Source: Octopus vulgaris
Taxonomy: Eukaryota
Assembly (NCBI GenBank): GCA_951406725.2
Contig: OX597838.1
Location: forward strand, 36,208,001-36,272,000
Direction: 5' to 3'
DNA: 64,000 nt
Translations under genes and position numbers: made by a program
Shown: piece by piece, positions 13,531 through 27,650 of the stretch
How positions within the stretch are numbered: the first letter of the stretch is position 1
Layout of the letters: every line of letters starts with the position of its first letter
The notes under the pieces: model-generated
Database searches by the model: none
What the model was told of the DNA's origin: nothing
What the model saw: only the letters and a program-made list of their open reading frames with translations

Positions 13531-14103
13531 GTACAACTGATTTTTGCCAGCTGAGTGAACTGGAGCAATGGGGAATCAAGTGTTTTGCTTGGGGACATAA
13601 CGCATTGCCAGGAATTGAACTCAAGATCTTATGATTACGAACCAAATACCCTAACCACTAGGCCATGTGCCTTCACTGTTAATATGTAATCTTTTAAAAT
13701 GAAGGCAGTGAGCTGGCAGAATCATTGGCACATCGGGCAAAATGCTTAGCTGCATTTCATCTGTCTTCATGTTCTGAGTTCAAGTTCAACTGGGGCTGAC
13801 TTTGTCTTTCGTACTTTCAGGGTCGATAAAATAAGTACCAGCTGAGCGCTGGGTTCTATGTAATAGCGTTGCCCCTTTCCCCTGAAATTACTGGCCTGTG
13901 CCCAAAATTTGAGATCAATATATCATCTTTGAAATCTAAGTTGTCAGTCGCTTAAGAGTAGAAGGATAAGTTAATCCAGAGATTTGTGTAGAAGGATATA
14001 GTTAATCCAGCTTTATAAAGTTGAGAGACAGGAATGAGATATTCTGAAATACACCAGGTGTAAGTTTATAGGAAAGGGGACAGCTGTCCTCGTGGAAAAG
14101 CAT

Positions 14104-14500
14104 TACTCTTTACTCTTTTACTTGTTTCAGTCATTTGACTGTGGCCATGCTGGAGCACCGCCTTTAGTCAAGCAAATCCACCCCGAGACTTATTCTTTGT
14201 AAGCCCAGTACTTATTCTATCGGTCTCTTTTTGCCGAACCGCTAAGTGACGGGGATGTAAACACACCAGCATCGACTGTCAAGCAATGCTAGGGAGACAA
14301 ACACAGACACACACACACATATATATATATATATACGACAGGCTTCTTTCAGTTTCTGTCTACCAAATCCACTCACAAGGCTTTGGTCGGCCCGGGGTTA
14401 TAGCAGAAGACACTTGCCCAAGATGCCACGCAGTGGGACTGAACCCGGAACCATGTGGTTGATAAACAAGCTACTTACCACACAGCCACTCCTACACCTA
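14104..14500 (-). mobile_element. SINE A, full length
   Basis: Family match. Confidence 0.9.
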
Positions 14501-14817
14501 TTCAGGAAAAAAAATAAATTCTTGGTGTGGAGCTGTGGTTAAGAAGTTTGCTTTGCAACCATGTGGATTTCGGTTCAATTCCACCGTGTGGTTTCTCAGG
14601 GAAGTGTCTTTTACTAAGCCTTCGGTGCAAACCAATACCTTGTGTAGAAATATGATTGACAGAAACTGTGTGGAAGCCCAAGGTATGTGTGTGTGTGTGT
14701 TTGTACGTATGTCTTTGTCTCTCTGTTTGCCACTTCACTTCTTCACATGCCTGCAGATTGACAACCAGTGCTAGTTTGTTTATGTCCCTGTAAGTTAATG
14801 GTTTTGGCATAACAGAT

Positions 14818-15245
14818 TCTTTTACACTTTTACTTGTTTCAGTCAATTGACTGCGGCCATGCTGGAGCACCGCCATTAATTGAGCAAATTGACCCCAGGA
14901 CTTATTCTTTGTAAGCCCAGTACTTATTCTATTGGTCTCTTTTGTTGAACTGTTGTGGGATGTAAACACACCAGCATCAGTTGTCAAGCGATGTTGGGGG
15001 GGACAAACACAGACACACAAACATATACACACACATACATATATATATATATGGTTGGTGATTTTTTTCCCTCCGTCTTCCCTTCTCTAGATCTTTTCTT
15101 TTCCTATGTTTCTGACGAAGAGCTCCGCTCGATACGTAAAACCCTCCATCTTCCCTTCCTTCCTGAGTGTCCAATAATACTATACTTGTTCCACGTCCAC
15201 ATGTTGTTGTGTTTTCTCTTTGTGTTTTCATGTTTGGATTAACTT

Positions 15246-15279
<34 letters not shown>

Positions 15280-15311
15280 TATATATATATTATATATATA
15301 TATATATATAT

Positions 15312-15348
<37 letters not shown>

Positions 15349-15523
15349 GCATACATACGACGGGCTTCTTTCAGTTTCCGTCTACCAAATTCACTCACAA
15401 GGCTTTGGTCAACCCGAGGCTATAGTAGAAGACACTTGCCCAAGGTGCCATGCAGTGGGACTGAACCCGGAACCATGTGGTTTGTAAGCAAACTACTTAC
15501 CACACAGCCACTCCTACGCCTAT
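14818..15523 (-). mobile_element. SINE A interrupted in its internal (TA)n by family H element
   Basis: SINE halves 14818-15052 and 15350-15523. Confidence 0.85.
15055..15245 (+). mobile_element. Penelope-like family H element with hammerhead motif
   Basis: GTTT-CTGACGA-AGAGC tcc GCTC-GATA-CG-TA-AAAC (15108-15142; GAAA mutated). Confidence 0.65.
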
Positions 15524-16167
15524 AAAATAAAGACCAGATTTGACAAAAAGAAAAAAAATACAGGCAAGAAAAACCCTAAGTAGTATTGAGGTTGATTTGT
15601 TTGGTTGAAATCCTCCAAAGCAGTGCTCCAGCGTGGGAGCAGCCCAGTGACTGAAACAAGTAAAGGATGGAAAGAAAATTCAAAGGTACTAAATAAATTA
15701 GATGCACAGAATAAATGAGCGGTGCACTGGGTTCAGGTGAAGTAATCCACAAATTACAAATGCTGAGGTAGCTGGCTTGATGTAAAGGTTTTGATATAGT
15801 ATCATCTCGGGAATTTAATCTGTGATTGAGTCGTGGATAGAGGGGCGGCGATGATTGTATCGGTGGTGGTGATGGTGCTGGCGATGGTGCTGGCGATGGT
15901 GGTGGTGGCTGTAAGTCCTAGCATCAAAATCCCTTCAAACTCCAGCGTTTTGCTAGCGTGTTTGTGCATGAGCATACATGCGTATGTGTGCATGTATACG
16001 TGCATATCGAATTGCAGAGGGAAGCTGTCAGGAATCAGCCAATGACTTGTAAATGCTGATGTATTCATAACCCAATCGTTTCTGCTTGAATATAAATGTT
16101 TGTTTCAGCATTTATGACTTTCTGTTCTTCAGATTTGTTGCTTTCTTTGAACTTGCACCCTGTTTCC

Positions 16168-16317
16168 GTTGGCAACTGATCCCAGTTTGTATAGAGATCC
16201 AGTCATCAGGAGCAATTTTGCTATTCATGTTGACATCTCTTCTTAAATAACCTACAGAAATGGTTCCTTTTTTTCCTTTTAATGACTGGTGGAATTACCA
16301 TTCACATGGATTCCTGT

Positions 16318-16378
<61 letters not shown>

Positions 16379-16812
16379 ATTATTATCAAGGCGGCGAGCT
16401 GGCAGAATCGTTACCACGCCGGGCGAAATGCTGTGCAGTATTTCATCTACCGCTCCGTTCTGAGTTCAAATTCCGCCAAGGTCGACTTTGCCTTTCATCC
16501 ATTCAAGTTCGATTAAATAAAGTACCAGTTACGCACTGAGGTCGATATAATCGACCTACAGCCTCCTTTAAAATTGCTGGCCTTGTGCCTATAATAGAGA
16601 GGATTATTATCATCATTATTATTATTACGAAGGCAGTGAGCTGGCAGAATCGTTAGTACTCCGGGCAAAATGCTTCACGGCATATCATCCGTCTTTACAT
16701 TCTGAGTTCAAATTCTACCAAGGTCGACATAGACTCACCAGCACTTGACAACCAGTTTTGGTTTGTTTACATCCCTTTAATAACAGTAGTAGTAGTAGTA
16801 GTTGTTGTTGTT

Positions 16813-16843
<31 letters not shown>

Positions 16844-17000
16844 CAGTAGTGACAGGAGTCTGTGTGAATGGTAATTCCACCAGTCATTAAAAGGAAAAAA
16901 GGAACCATTTCTGTAGGTTATTTAGGAAGAGATGTCAACATGAATAGCAAAACTGCTCCTGATGACTGGATCCCTATATAAACTGGGATCAGTTGCCAAC
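16168..17000. repeat. Inverted duplication (~153 bp unique + TAC/GTA repeat)
   Basis: 16168-16320 vs reverse complement 16848-17000, ~95% by eye; spacer holds SINE B copies. Confidence 0.9.
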
Positions 17001-18131
17001 AGTTTTTTTACATCCCTTCAGCAAAAGAGGCTGACAAAATAAGGATCAGTCTTATGAACAAGTAACTTAGTATTTGGACCAATTTCTTTGACTAAAACCC
17101 TACAAAGCATTGCCCAAACATGGCTGCAGTCCAACGACTGAAGCAAGTAATAGCTAATAGAAGATAAGAAATAGCAATGATGTCTCCCTCAAATCTTAGA
17201 CTGGGAAAGTACTGTGATATATATATATATATATATCTATAATAGGTTCAGTAAAAATTTAGATTCAGATGAATATGGTACTTAAGTTGAAGGCACCAGA
17301 ATTTAGTATGGTATTATCCATATAATTCAAAATAAGGTGATTATAATCAAAATAAGCATACCTCTGAATATCCTTGTTGCTTATTTTATATATATTTTTA
17401 TATATCATGATTTGGTTAACTATTTAACCAATTAACTAATTGTTTGTTTGATTAATCATTCATTTAATAAGTAAAATGTGTTTTTTGTCAAAGTTTTTCC
17501 GTCACCATTCATGAGCTAAAAAGTTAAAGAAACAGCACAACCTTGGCTGGAACTCTTCTTAAGGCTGTTCATGCAGGGTTGAGCTGTGGTAGCATAATTA
17601 CAATGACGACAACAACAAGAACAACTGCGTTTCCAAATCTAGTTTTGCAGTCATTATTGCATGCAGTTAAATGTAGTTACCCTTATAAATATCGCTTTTG
17701 ATATTCCAAGCAATACCTTTAATGCTCACATACAAACACTCTTACTCACTCACGCATATGTTTGCACCGCGTTGATATGTGGAGTCTCAAACAATTAGGA
17801 ATAATATTTTAATGATGTATTTTTCTTTCAAGTTGGGTTGAAATTTAAAAGAAACACATGTGTTTGTTTGTGTGCGAGTGAAGGTGGGGTGGACATGTGT
17901 GATGGTGTACATGTTCATGGGGATATGTGTGGAGATGCATCTGATTGCATGCGTGTGTGTGTGTGTGTGTTAATTGTATTTACCTCGCTATTATAGCTTT
18001 GAATTCTTTCCATTTGACTTTCAGTAATGTTCGTCCTACTAAACAAGCTAATGTGTGTGTGTATGTGTGGGCATAGACAGACAGACAGACTTACATATAT
18101 AAAGTTCCCTCACTTTCTTACATAGATATAA

Positions 18132-18165
<34 letters not shown>

Positions 18166-18298
18166 AAATATGTTTACATACATATACGTAAATATATGTA
18201 TATGTACAAATATGTATATATGCGTATATGTACATATATGTATATATATGTACATGCATGGATATATGTGTGTATGTATATGTATCTATATATGTATT

Positions 18299-18333
<35 letters not shown>

Positions 18334-18538
18334 AATATGTTTACATACATATACATATATTTAAACATACTTTATTTAAAGCAGCAGAAAATTCAAATTC
18401 ATATTTAAACATATGTATATGTATAAATATGTATATATATGTATATGTACATACATGTATATATATATATGTATATATATATATGTATGTATATATATAT
18501 TCATGCATGTATATACATGTTTGTGTTTGTGTATAAAC

Positions 18539-18574
<36 letters not shown>

Positions 18575-19397
18575 ATATATGTGTTGTAACGCATGTATGT
18601 TATAAATACAAAGTTTATAGGTGGAAATGAAAATAAGAAAATTATCTTCCCAATTAAGGATCAAAAAGTATTTTCCAATTGAAAGGAAACGTATTTTAGG
18701 AATATAACAAACAAGTTCAGTACTTTCACTTCCTGACCAAATTTGTTTCTGAGGGTGTGTCTGTGTTGTAATTATCACCCTTTTTAGATTGCACGCACAC
18801 TCACACACACACATGCAATCAGACGCACACACACACACACACACACTCATGCACTCACACATGCACGTACATATACTCGTGCACACGCATATACATACAT
18901 ATATCTATTTGCGTGTATATGTGGGTGTGTGTATACGTGTGTGTGTGTGTGTGCGCTAGCACGCATGTGTATATGTATGTAAAAATGTGTGTGTATAAAT
19001 ATACACATTTATATATGTATATATGTGTTTATATATGTGTATATATATATATGTATATGTGTGTGTGCTTAATATATATATATCTGCATCATCAGCATCA
19101 GCATGGGTTGTATTATATATGTATATCAATATATATATATACACACACATACACATATATATAGATATGTATGTATATATATATATATATATACATATAT
19201 ATAGATATGTATGTATATATATATATATAAATATATGTGTGTTTTACAAAATTAGTTTTCCTTGTATCAGTATGCATTATGCATATCTTATATACAGAAA
19301 GCAGGTATATGTGTGTTTGTATTTAAGCATGCATATGCATGTATATGTGTGTATGCAAGTATGCACATATATATATATATATACATATGTATATATA

Positions 19398-19792
19398 CAG
19401 GAGTAGCTGTGTGGTAATTAGTTTGCATATTTCTCAACCATGTGGTTCCATGTTCAGTCCCGCTGCATGGCACCTTGGGCAAGTGTCTTCTACTATAGCC
19501 TCGGAACAACCAAAGCCTTGTGAGTGGATTTGGTTGATGGAAACTGAAAGAAGCCCATCATATATATATATATATATATACATGTGTGCGTGTCTGTCTG
19601 TGTTTGTGCCCCACCATCGCTTCACAACTGATGTTGGTATATTTATGTCTCCGCAACCTAGTGGTTCAGCAAAAGAGATTGAGGGAATAAGTACTGGGCT
19701 TACAAAGAATAAATCCTGGGGTTGATTTGTTCGATTAAAGGCTGTGCTCAAGCATGGCCACAATCAAATGACTGAAAGGAATAAAAGAATAA
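19398..19792 (+). mobile_element. SINE A (older, diverged)
   Basis: Family match. Confidence 0.85.
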
Positions 19793-19835
<43 letters not shown>

Positions 19836-19979
19836 CCACATCACCGGCAATACTAACACCGATGGTTGCTCCCTTGTCCTGGGCATATATGTTATTGTTA
19901 AACTTAAAATCTGGTTGAAATAAGATTAAGATTAATGTAAAAAATAAATAACACTGAAGCAAAGTAGCACCAAATATAT

Positions 19980-20092
19980 AGTGCATGTGTTTTTATTGGC
20001 TAAACTGGCAAAATGACCATTCCTAAATACAACAATATCTGTTTCAACACACGACTTCACCTCAAAAATCTTGCAAAACAAATATATAAACG
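19980..20092. mobile_element. Unclassified interspersed repeat
   Basis: Reverse-complement copy at ~36247-36355. Confidence 0.6.
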
Positions 20093-20093
20093 T

Positions 20094-20160
<67 letters not shown>

Positions 20161-20965
20161 TAAATTAGAGATAAAACCACTATTAGGTAAATCAAACAGT
20201 GAAAATCATAAGCCAATACATAGAAATAAAATTAATTTTTAAAATATATAAAAAATATAAAATATAAAATATAAAATATAAAATTCTAAATTAAAATATA
20301 TAAATTAAAGTTAAAATTTTTAAAATTATTTAAATTAATAATTTAAAATTATAAATTTTAAATATATATATATATTTTTATTATTATTATTATTATTATT
20401 ATTTAAAAAAAAATTATATAACTATCAAAAAGTATTAAAAGTTTAATATAAGATAAAGAGTAAAAACACAGTAAATATATATATATATATATACACACAC
20501 ACATACATTTATATATATATCTCTCTCTATATATATATATATATATCATATATGGTATACATGTACGTACATAGGTATATTACATGTGTCTATACACATC
20601 ACATACACTTTATCCATATAAATGTTGTAAGTATTCGTAACATATGGTGCTTTGCTGAGAAAGTTTGCTTAGTAACTGATACGGTGGAGCTCCAAGTTCC
20701 ATCCTGTTGTGTTGTACCATGTGAAGTGTCTTTCACTCACGCTGCAAAACTGACTGATGACATGTGAAGGAAATTTCTGGGCAGAAACTGTATGGAAGCC
20801 TTTAGTACATATAAGTGTCTACCTTTCTGCATGTACGTGTGTGTGTGTGGGGATGTATATTTATGTGCATATATATGTATAGGTATGTATGTGTATATGT
20901 ATGTATATACAAATGTATATATATATATATATGTATGTATGCGTTTGTGTATATATATGTATGTA

Positions 20966-21018
<53 letters not shown>

Positions 21019-21118
21019 GTATGTATATATGTGTGTGTATATATATATATGTATTATGTGTGTGTGTGTTTATATACATGTATATGTGTATATATTAATT
21101 TATAAAAGTACATATATT

Positions 21119-21149
<31 letters not shown>

Positions 21150-21186
21150 ATCTATATGTACATATATATGCATATCTATATGTATA

Positions 21187-21217
<31 letters not shown>

Positions 21218-21365
21218 GTGTGTATATATATATATATGCATACTTCTGTTATAAGGATAAAATTTTATCAATGGCCAGCATATGTAAAATACCTTTTAAG
21301 CATATTGACAAAGGAAATTTTTTCGTTTTGCCATTCTTTATGAATAATTGTTTGTGTATACACAG

Positions 21366-21425
<60 letters not shown>

Positions 21426-21438
<13 letters not shown>

Positions 21439-21915
21439 GAATTAGAGATGAAACCACTATTATGCAACTGAAACAGTGATAGACATAAACCAATACATAA
21501 ATAACAAATAATATAAATATAATTAATATAATATGAGTAAAAGAGTATATATATATAAATTTTTTAAAAATTATTATATTATATTTATTATTCCTTTTAT
21601 ACTATTTGGAAAAAAAATTATATATAAATAACAAATAATACATATATAATTAATATAATATATTATATATCATCATCATCATCATCGTAAAACGGACGCT
21701 AAACGATGATGATGATGATGATGATATATAATATATTATATTAATTATATATGTATTATTTGTTATTTATGTATTGGTTTATGTCTATCACTGTTTCAGT
21801 TGCATAATAGTGGTTTTATCTCTAATTCATATTTTATATATTTATACTGTGAAATTTGATTTCATTCTAAATCTAATTTTTCCCTGTAAGTTTGGAGCTG
21901 TGCTCCCTAATATTA
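21426..21915. repeat. Palindromic AT-rich repeat (Penelope-like ends) with family C tail at the apex
   Basis: 21624-21688 pairs with 21703-21770; 21426-21508 pairs with 21755-21841; related fragments at ~20160, 27120-27250, 42497-42570, 45285-45520. Confidence 0.7.
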
Positions 21916-22227
21916 TTATTATTATATATATATAAATAAGTGTACAATATTTGACAGAAGCATGTTTACTCTAACAACATTGTACATATGACCGTCCACA
22001 TGTAATGTCATCCCCATACTATTTCTAGCAACTATAAATGAAGCAGAGCTTTGAACAGCTTGTGATTGTAATCTTCTGACGAAGGGATTTTATTCCTGAA
22101 ATATTTGGGCTGATAAATAAAAGAGACTGGTATCATACTAACGAATTCAGTGCTTTCAATATTTCAAAATTTATTGTCCATTTTGTATTTTTGTAACTTT
22201 CAAATACACACTACTTTGAAATAAAAG

Positions 22228-22585
22228 GTGGAGGCACGTGGATTAGTGGTTAGGGTGTGAGCATCAAGATCGTAAGATTGTGGTTTCAATTCCTGGACCG
22301 GGCGACGCATTGTGTTCTTGAGCAAAACACTTCATTTCACATTGCTCCAGTCCACTCAGCTGGCAAAAATGAGTAACGCTGTGATGGACTGGTGTCTCGT
22401 CCAGCTGGGGAACACATACGCCGATGCTGGTGTGTTTATGTCCCCGTTACTTAGCAGTTCAGCAAAAGAGACCGATAGAATAAGTACTGGGCTTTCAAAA
22501 GAATAAGTCCCGGGGTCGAGTTGCTCGATTAAAGGCGGTGCCCCAGCATGGTCGCAGTCAAATGACTGAAACAAGTAATAGAGAG
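22228..22585 (+). mobile_element. Family G SINE fused to SINE A 3' half
   Basis: tRNA-like head then abrupt switch to CCGATGCTGGTGTG at ~22421. Confidence 0.7.
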
Positions 22586-23452
22586 TATATATGGGGAAGA
22601 AATGAAAAGCAGGGGACAGTTAGAAGAGAGAGAGAGAGAGAGGGATGGATGAAGGTGTGCAGCAAAAGAATGAAGGAGAGGGGTCTACATAGGGCCGAGT
22701 ACCAGAAACAGCAAGGAAGAAATGGGTATTGCTTGCTGTGCAGGTGTGTATGTGTGTATGTGTGTGTGTGTGTGATAATTTGGAGGTTTTATTTTAAAGA
22801 ACTTTTAAAAAATAAGAACAGATCATGTTCTGTTGAGGGGGTACTTGAGACTAAAAGTAGACGCACATCTATAGATTTATAATAAAATCAGATTTGATTG
22901 GGGCTTTGAGTTTTAACTGACGGCTTATTCAACCAGTCGTTGAATACGCAATCAGGTGAAACAAGAAGTCGCATCAAAACCTAATTTCAAAAAAAAAATA
23001 TATATATATATATATATGTATACAGATATATATACATACACACACATGTATGTATGTGTAGATGTGTGCATACACTTTCTTCCAAAATTTATACATAAAT
23101 ATATATACACATAGACTCATTTACACATACATACATATACACACACATACATACATACATACATACATACATACATACATACATACATACATACATACAT
23201 ACATACATACATACATACATACATACATACATACATACATACATACATACATGTATGTATGTATGTATATACAGATATGTATGTATGTATATACAGATAT
23301 GTATGTATGTATATACAGATATGCATATATGCATACACATACATGTGTTTATATATATATATACATACATATATATATATATATATGCATATACATATAT
23401 TTACATATATATATACATATAAACGTATGTTTATGTATATCTACATGCATAT

Positions 23453-23502
<50 letters not shown>

Positions 23503-23644
23503 TTGTGTGTATGTATATATATGTGTGTGTGTGTGTGTATGTATATACATATATATATGTATGTATATGTGTGTATATATATATATATGCATGAATACAT
23601 ACATACGAACATACATCATCTTTTAACGTCCATTTCCCATACTG

Positions 23645-23707
<63 letters not shown>

Positions 23708-23919
23708 TGTGTGATTTATTTCGAAATTAAGAACTCTACTAATGTGTTAGTCACTACATGTGTGATCCACAGACTGTAACCGTGACTTCTTACATAAATA
23801 GAATTTAGAATATTAAGAATATTAAGAAAAGTTCAAAAGAATGTTTAAAGTTGTTGGATGAGAAGACAAGTATTATTCTGATTTGAAAATGCCATGGTGT
23901 TCTTGAAATTCGTTTGTAT

Positions 23920-24396
23920 GTTTGAGTGTGTGTGTGTGTGTCTGTGTGTGTGTACGCGTGTGTGCATATGTGCAAGTTTGTGTGTGTGCTTCTTTGTGTA
24001 TGTGTGTATTTGTGTGTGTGTGTTTGTGTGCATGCACGTTTGTGTGTGTGTGCTTGTGTATTTCTTTGTGTGTGTGTGTGTGTATGTCTGTGTGCGGGTG
24101 CATTCATATGTGCACATTTGTGTGTATGTGTGCGTCTATGTGTGTCTCTTTGTGTGTGTGTGTGTGTGTGTGTGCTTCTTTGTGTATGTGTGTATTTGTG
24201 TGTGTGTGTTTCTTTGTGTATGTGTGTATTTGTTTGTGTGTGTGTTTGTGTGCACGCATATGTGCACGTTTGTGTGTGTGTGTGTTTGTGTATTTCTTTG
24301 TGTGTGTGTGTGTGTTTGTGTATTTCTTTGTGTGTGTGTGTGTGTGTGTATGTCTGTGTGCGGGTGCATGCATATGTGCACGTTTGTGTGTGTGTG
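23920..24396. repeat. Complex (TG)n-derived tandem repeat
   Basis: Recurring TTCTTTGTGT and GCACGTTTGTG motifs. Confidence 0.85.
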
Positions 24397-24586
24397 AACT
24401 GAGGAAACCAAAAATCAGAACTCAATATATCTTTTATCTTTCACTTGTGTGGCCATGCTGGGGCATCGCCTTGGTAGAAAAATATGGAATGCTTCATGGT
24501 GAAGTTTCATAAATAAAATTTGTTGTGCTTCGTTTCCTTCTGTTGAATATATCCATCCGTAGATACACGTATACATTGTATGTCTA

Positions 24587-24817
24587 GGTGGCGAGCTGGC
24601 AGAAACGTTAGCACGCCGGGTGAAATGCGTAGCCATATTTCGTCTGCCGTTACGTTCTGGGTTCAAATTCCGCTGAGGTCGACTTTGTCTTTCATCCTTT
24701 CGGGGTCGATAAATTAAGTACCAGTTACCCACTGGGGTCGATATAATCGACTTAATCCGTTTGTCTGTCCTTGTTTGTCCCCTCTGTGTTTAGCCCCTTG
24801 TGGGCAGTAAAGAAATA
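24587..24817 (+). mobile_element. SINE B with 17-bp TSD
   Basis: TATACATTGTATGTCTA at 24570-24586 and 24818-24834. Confidence 0.9.
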
Positions 24818-24857
24818 TATACATTGTATGTCTATATCTGTGTATGTGTGCATGCAC

Positions 24858-25232
24858 ACATCATCATCATCATCATCATCATCATCATTCAACGTCCATT
24901 GTCCATGCTGGCATGGGTTGGACAGTTTGACTGGACTGGCACGTTGGAAGGCTGCGCCATGCTCCACTCTGATTTTCTATGATTTTCTATGGCTGGATGC
25001 CCCTCCTAATGCCGGCCACTCTAAGAGCGTAATGGGTGCTTTTTACATGCCAGCGGCACAGGTGCCATTTGCGTGACACCTGTATTTGCCATGACTGTGA
25101 TTATCCTCGGCTTGATGTGTCTTCTCAAGCGCAACATAATGCCAAAGGTCTTGGTCATTGCCTCCATGTGGCCCAGTGGTCAAAAGGAACTTGGCCACTT
25201 TGCCTCCATGAGACCCAGCGCTTGAAAGGAAC
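24858..25232 (-). mobile_element. Family C element
   Basis: (CAT)n TTCAACGTCC...GGATGCCCCTCCTAATGCC. Confidence 0.75.
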
Positions 25233-25239
25233 ATATATC

Positions 25240-25652
25240 TCTCTTTACTCTCTTCCTTGTTTCAGTCATTTGACTGCGACCATGCTGGAGCACCACCTTT
25301 AGTCGAGCAAATCGACCCCGGGACTTATTCTTTGTAAGCCCAGTACTTATTCTATCGGTCTCTTTTGCCGAACCGCTAAGTGACGGGAACATAAACACAT
25401 CAACATCTGTTGTCATCAATGCTAGGGGGACAAACACAGACACACAAACACACACATGCACATACATATATATATATACATATATACGACAAGCTTCTTT
25501 CAGTTTCCGTCTACCAAATCCACTCACAAGGCATTGGTCGGCTCGGGGCTATAGTAGAAGACACTTGCCGAAGGTGCCCCACAGTGGGACTGAACCCGGA
25601 ACCATGTGGTTGGTTAGCAAGCTACTTACCACACAGCCACTCCTGCGCCTAT
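25240..25652 (-). mobile_element. SINE A
   Basis: Family match. Confidence 0.9.
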
Positions 25653-26099
25653 ATGTATATGAGTTGTTAATGAGTTGAACAAAGAATTTAGCTTGCTCTC
25701 TGGTGACCATCTATGGCTCTGCCATAAAAATGGCAGAATCATATTTCAAAACATGTGAATAGCTGGAGTGCCTAGTTCGTCAAACTACTTAAGAATTGTA
25801 GGTTTAAACTGAGTTTAACGGTTGTCAATTAAGACTAGGCCAACTGGTAGCTAATGAGAACTTTAACATGTTCTGCGATCATAGTCTAGCTGTTCACTTT
25901 TTTTCTGTCCACAAGGAAATTAAATATATATGACAGATGTTTCCAACTATCCAATGTATCTCATTAGTTTTGATTTAATTAATTTGAATGTGCAGCATTG
26001 ACCAAAGTCTAAAAACTTATCACAGAGTAAAGTTCAGTATAAAAGACATGCTACAGATGCTTCAGTAGTGTATGTTCATGTGTGTGTGTGTGTGTGTGT

Positions 26100-26630
26100 G
26101 ACTAGCTGCTGAAAAGTTCCTGGCTTTGAAAGTATCATGAAAGACCTGGTTGGAGACCCAACGTTCCAAGTTGTTTTGCAGGACTTAGAAAAACTGAAGG
26201 ACTGCTGCAATAAGTGTGTAAATCTGAGAGAGGAATATCTTTATATATAAAACTAAAGTTGTGTGTGTGTGTGTGTCTGTCTACTCCGATTTAGATTCCT
26301 AACTACTCTCACATTTTGCGGTGCAGTTTAACCAAAACCGGGTATCTTATAGTCGTGATTCATATTGAGCCCTTCTGGGTATTAGCACATGTCTACAATG
26401 AGTCTACGATTTAAAAAAAAAATTACCATCATTTTTCCGCATTTTTAATGATTTTTGCTCGGGTTATATAAGGGAAGTAACTCTCTAAAAATGCTTATAT
26501 AGTTATTTCCCTTACAAACCCGAGCAACGCCGGGCGATACTGCTAGCATTAAATAAAATCATAATCAACTAATCTTACTGTATTTTCTTTTACACAAAGC
26601 CAGGAACTTTTCAGCTCCACCCAACTTGTA
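26100..26630. mobile_element. Mariner-derived MITE hosting a Helitron
   Basis: TIRs GCTGAAAAGTTCCTGGCTTTG / CAAAGCCAGGAACTTTTCAGC. Confidence 0.75.
26238..26546 (+). mobile_element. Non-autonomous Helitron-like element
   Basis: 5' TC, 3' hairpin CCCGAGCAACGCCGGG + CTAG. Confidence 0.8.
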
Positions 26631-26631
26631 T

Positions 26632-27070
26632 ACTCTTTACTCTTTTTACTCTTTTACTTGTTTCAGTCATTTGACTGCGGCCATGCTGGAGCATCACCTT
26701 TAGTCGAGCAAATCGACCCCGGGACTTATTCTTTGTAAGCCCAGTACTTATTCTATCGGTCTCTTTTGCTGAACTGCTAAGTGACGGGGACGTAAACACA
26801 CCAGCATCGGTTGTCAAGCGATGCTAGGGGGACAAACACAGACACACAAACATACACACACACATATATATATACATGTATATACATATATATATACATA
26901 TATATACATATATACGACAGGCTTATTTCCCGTGTACCAAATCCACTCACAAGGCATTGGTCGGCCTGGGGCTATAGCTGAAGACACTTGCCCAAGATGC
27001 CACGCAGTGGGACTGAACCCGGAAGCATGTGGTTGGTAAGCCAGCTACTTATCACAGAGCCACTTCTGCG

Positions 27071-27075
<5 letters not shown>
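26632..27075 (-). mobile_element. SINE A
   Basis: Family match. Confidence 0.9.
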
Positions 27076-27109
<34 letters not shown>

Positions 27110-27394
27110 ATTATTATTTGAGGGAATATTATTCATAACTTACAGGGAAAAATTCAATTTAGAAATACTAAATCAAATTTCACAAAATATAATATATATA
27201 TATATATATATAAATTAGAAAAAAAACAACCTTTATCAATTCAAAATGAACAATTAAATTACACCATCTAGAAAATTACATATAATAGAAATATTAAAAT
27301 TAAAATAACAATAATATACCGATGATTAAGTAAATTGCAAAATAATAATAAAAACGTATATATTTGGTTTTTATATATTTGGTATATATACGTA

Positions 27395-27446
27395 ATGAGG
27401 ACATAAACACACCAGCATTGGTTGTCAAGCAATGCTAGGGGGACAA

Positions 27447-27479
<33 letters not shown>

Positions 27480-27650
27480 CATATATACGACAGGCTTCTT
27501 TCAGTTTCCATCTACCAAATCCACTCACAAGGCATTGGTCAGCCCGGGGCTATAGCAGAAGACACTTGCCCAAGATGCCACGCAGTGGGACTGAACCCGG
27601 GACCATGTGGTTGGTTAGCAAGCTACTTACCACACAGCCACTCCTTCACC
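27395..27650 (-). mobile_element. SINE A, 3'-truncated
   Basis: Family match. Confidence 0.85.
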
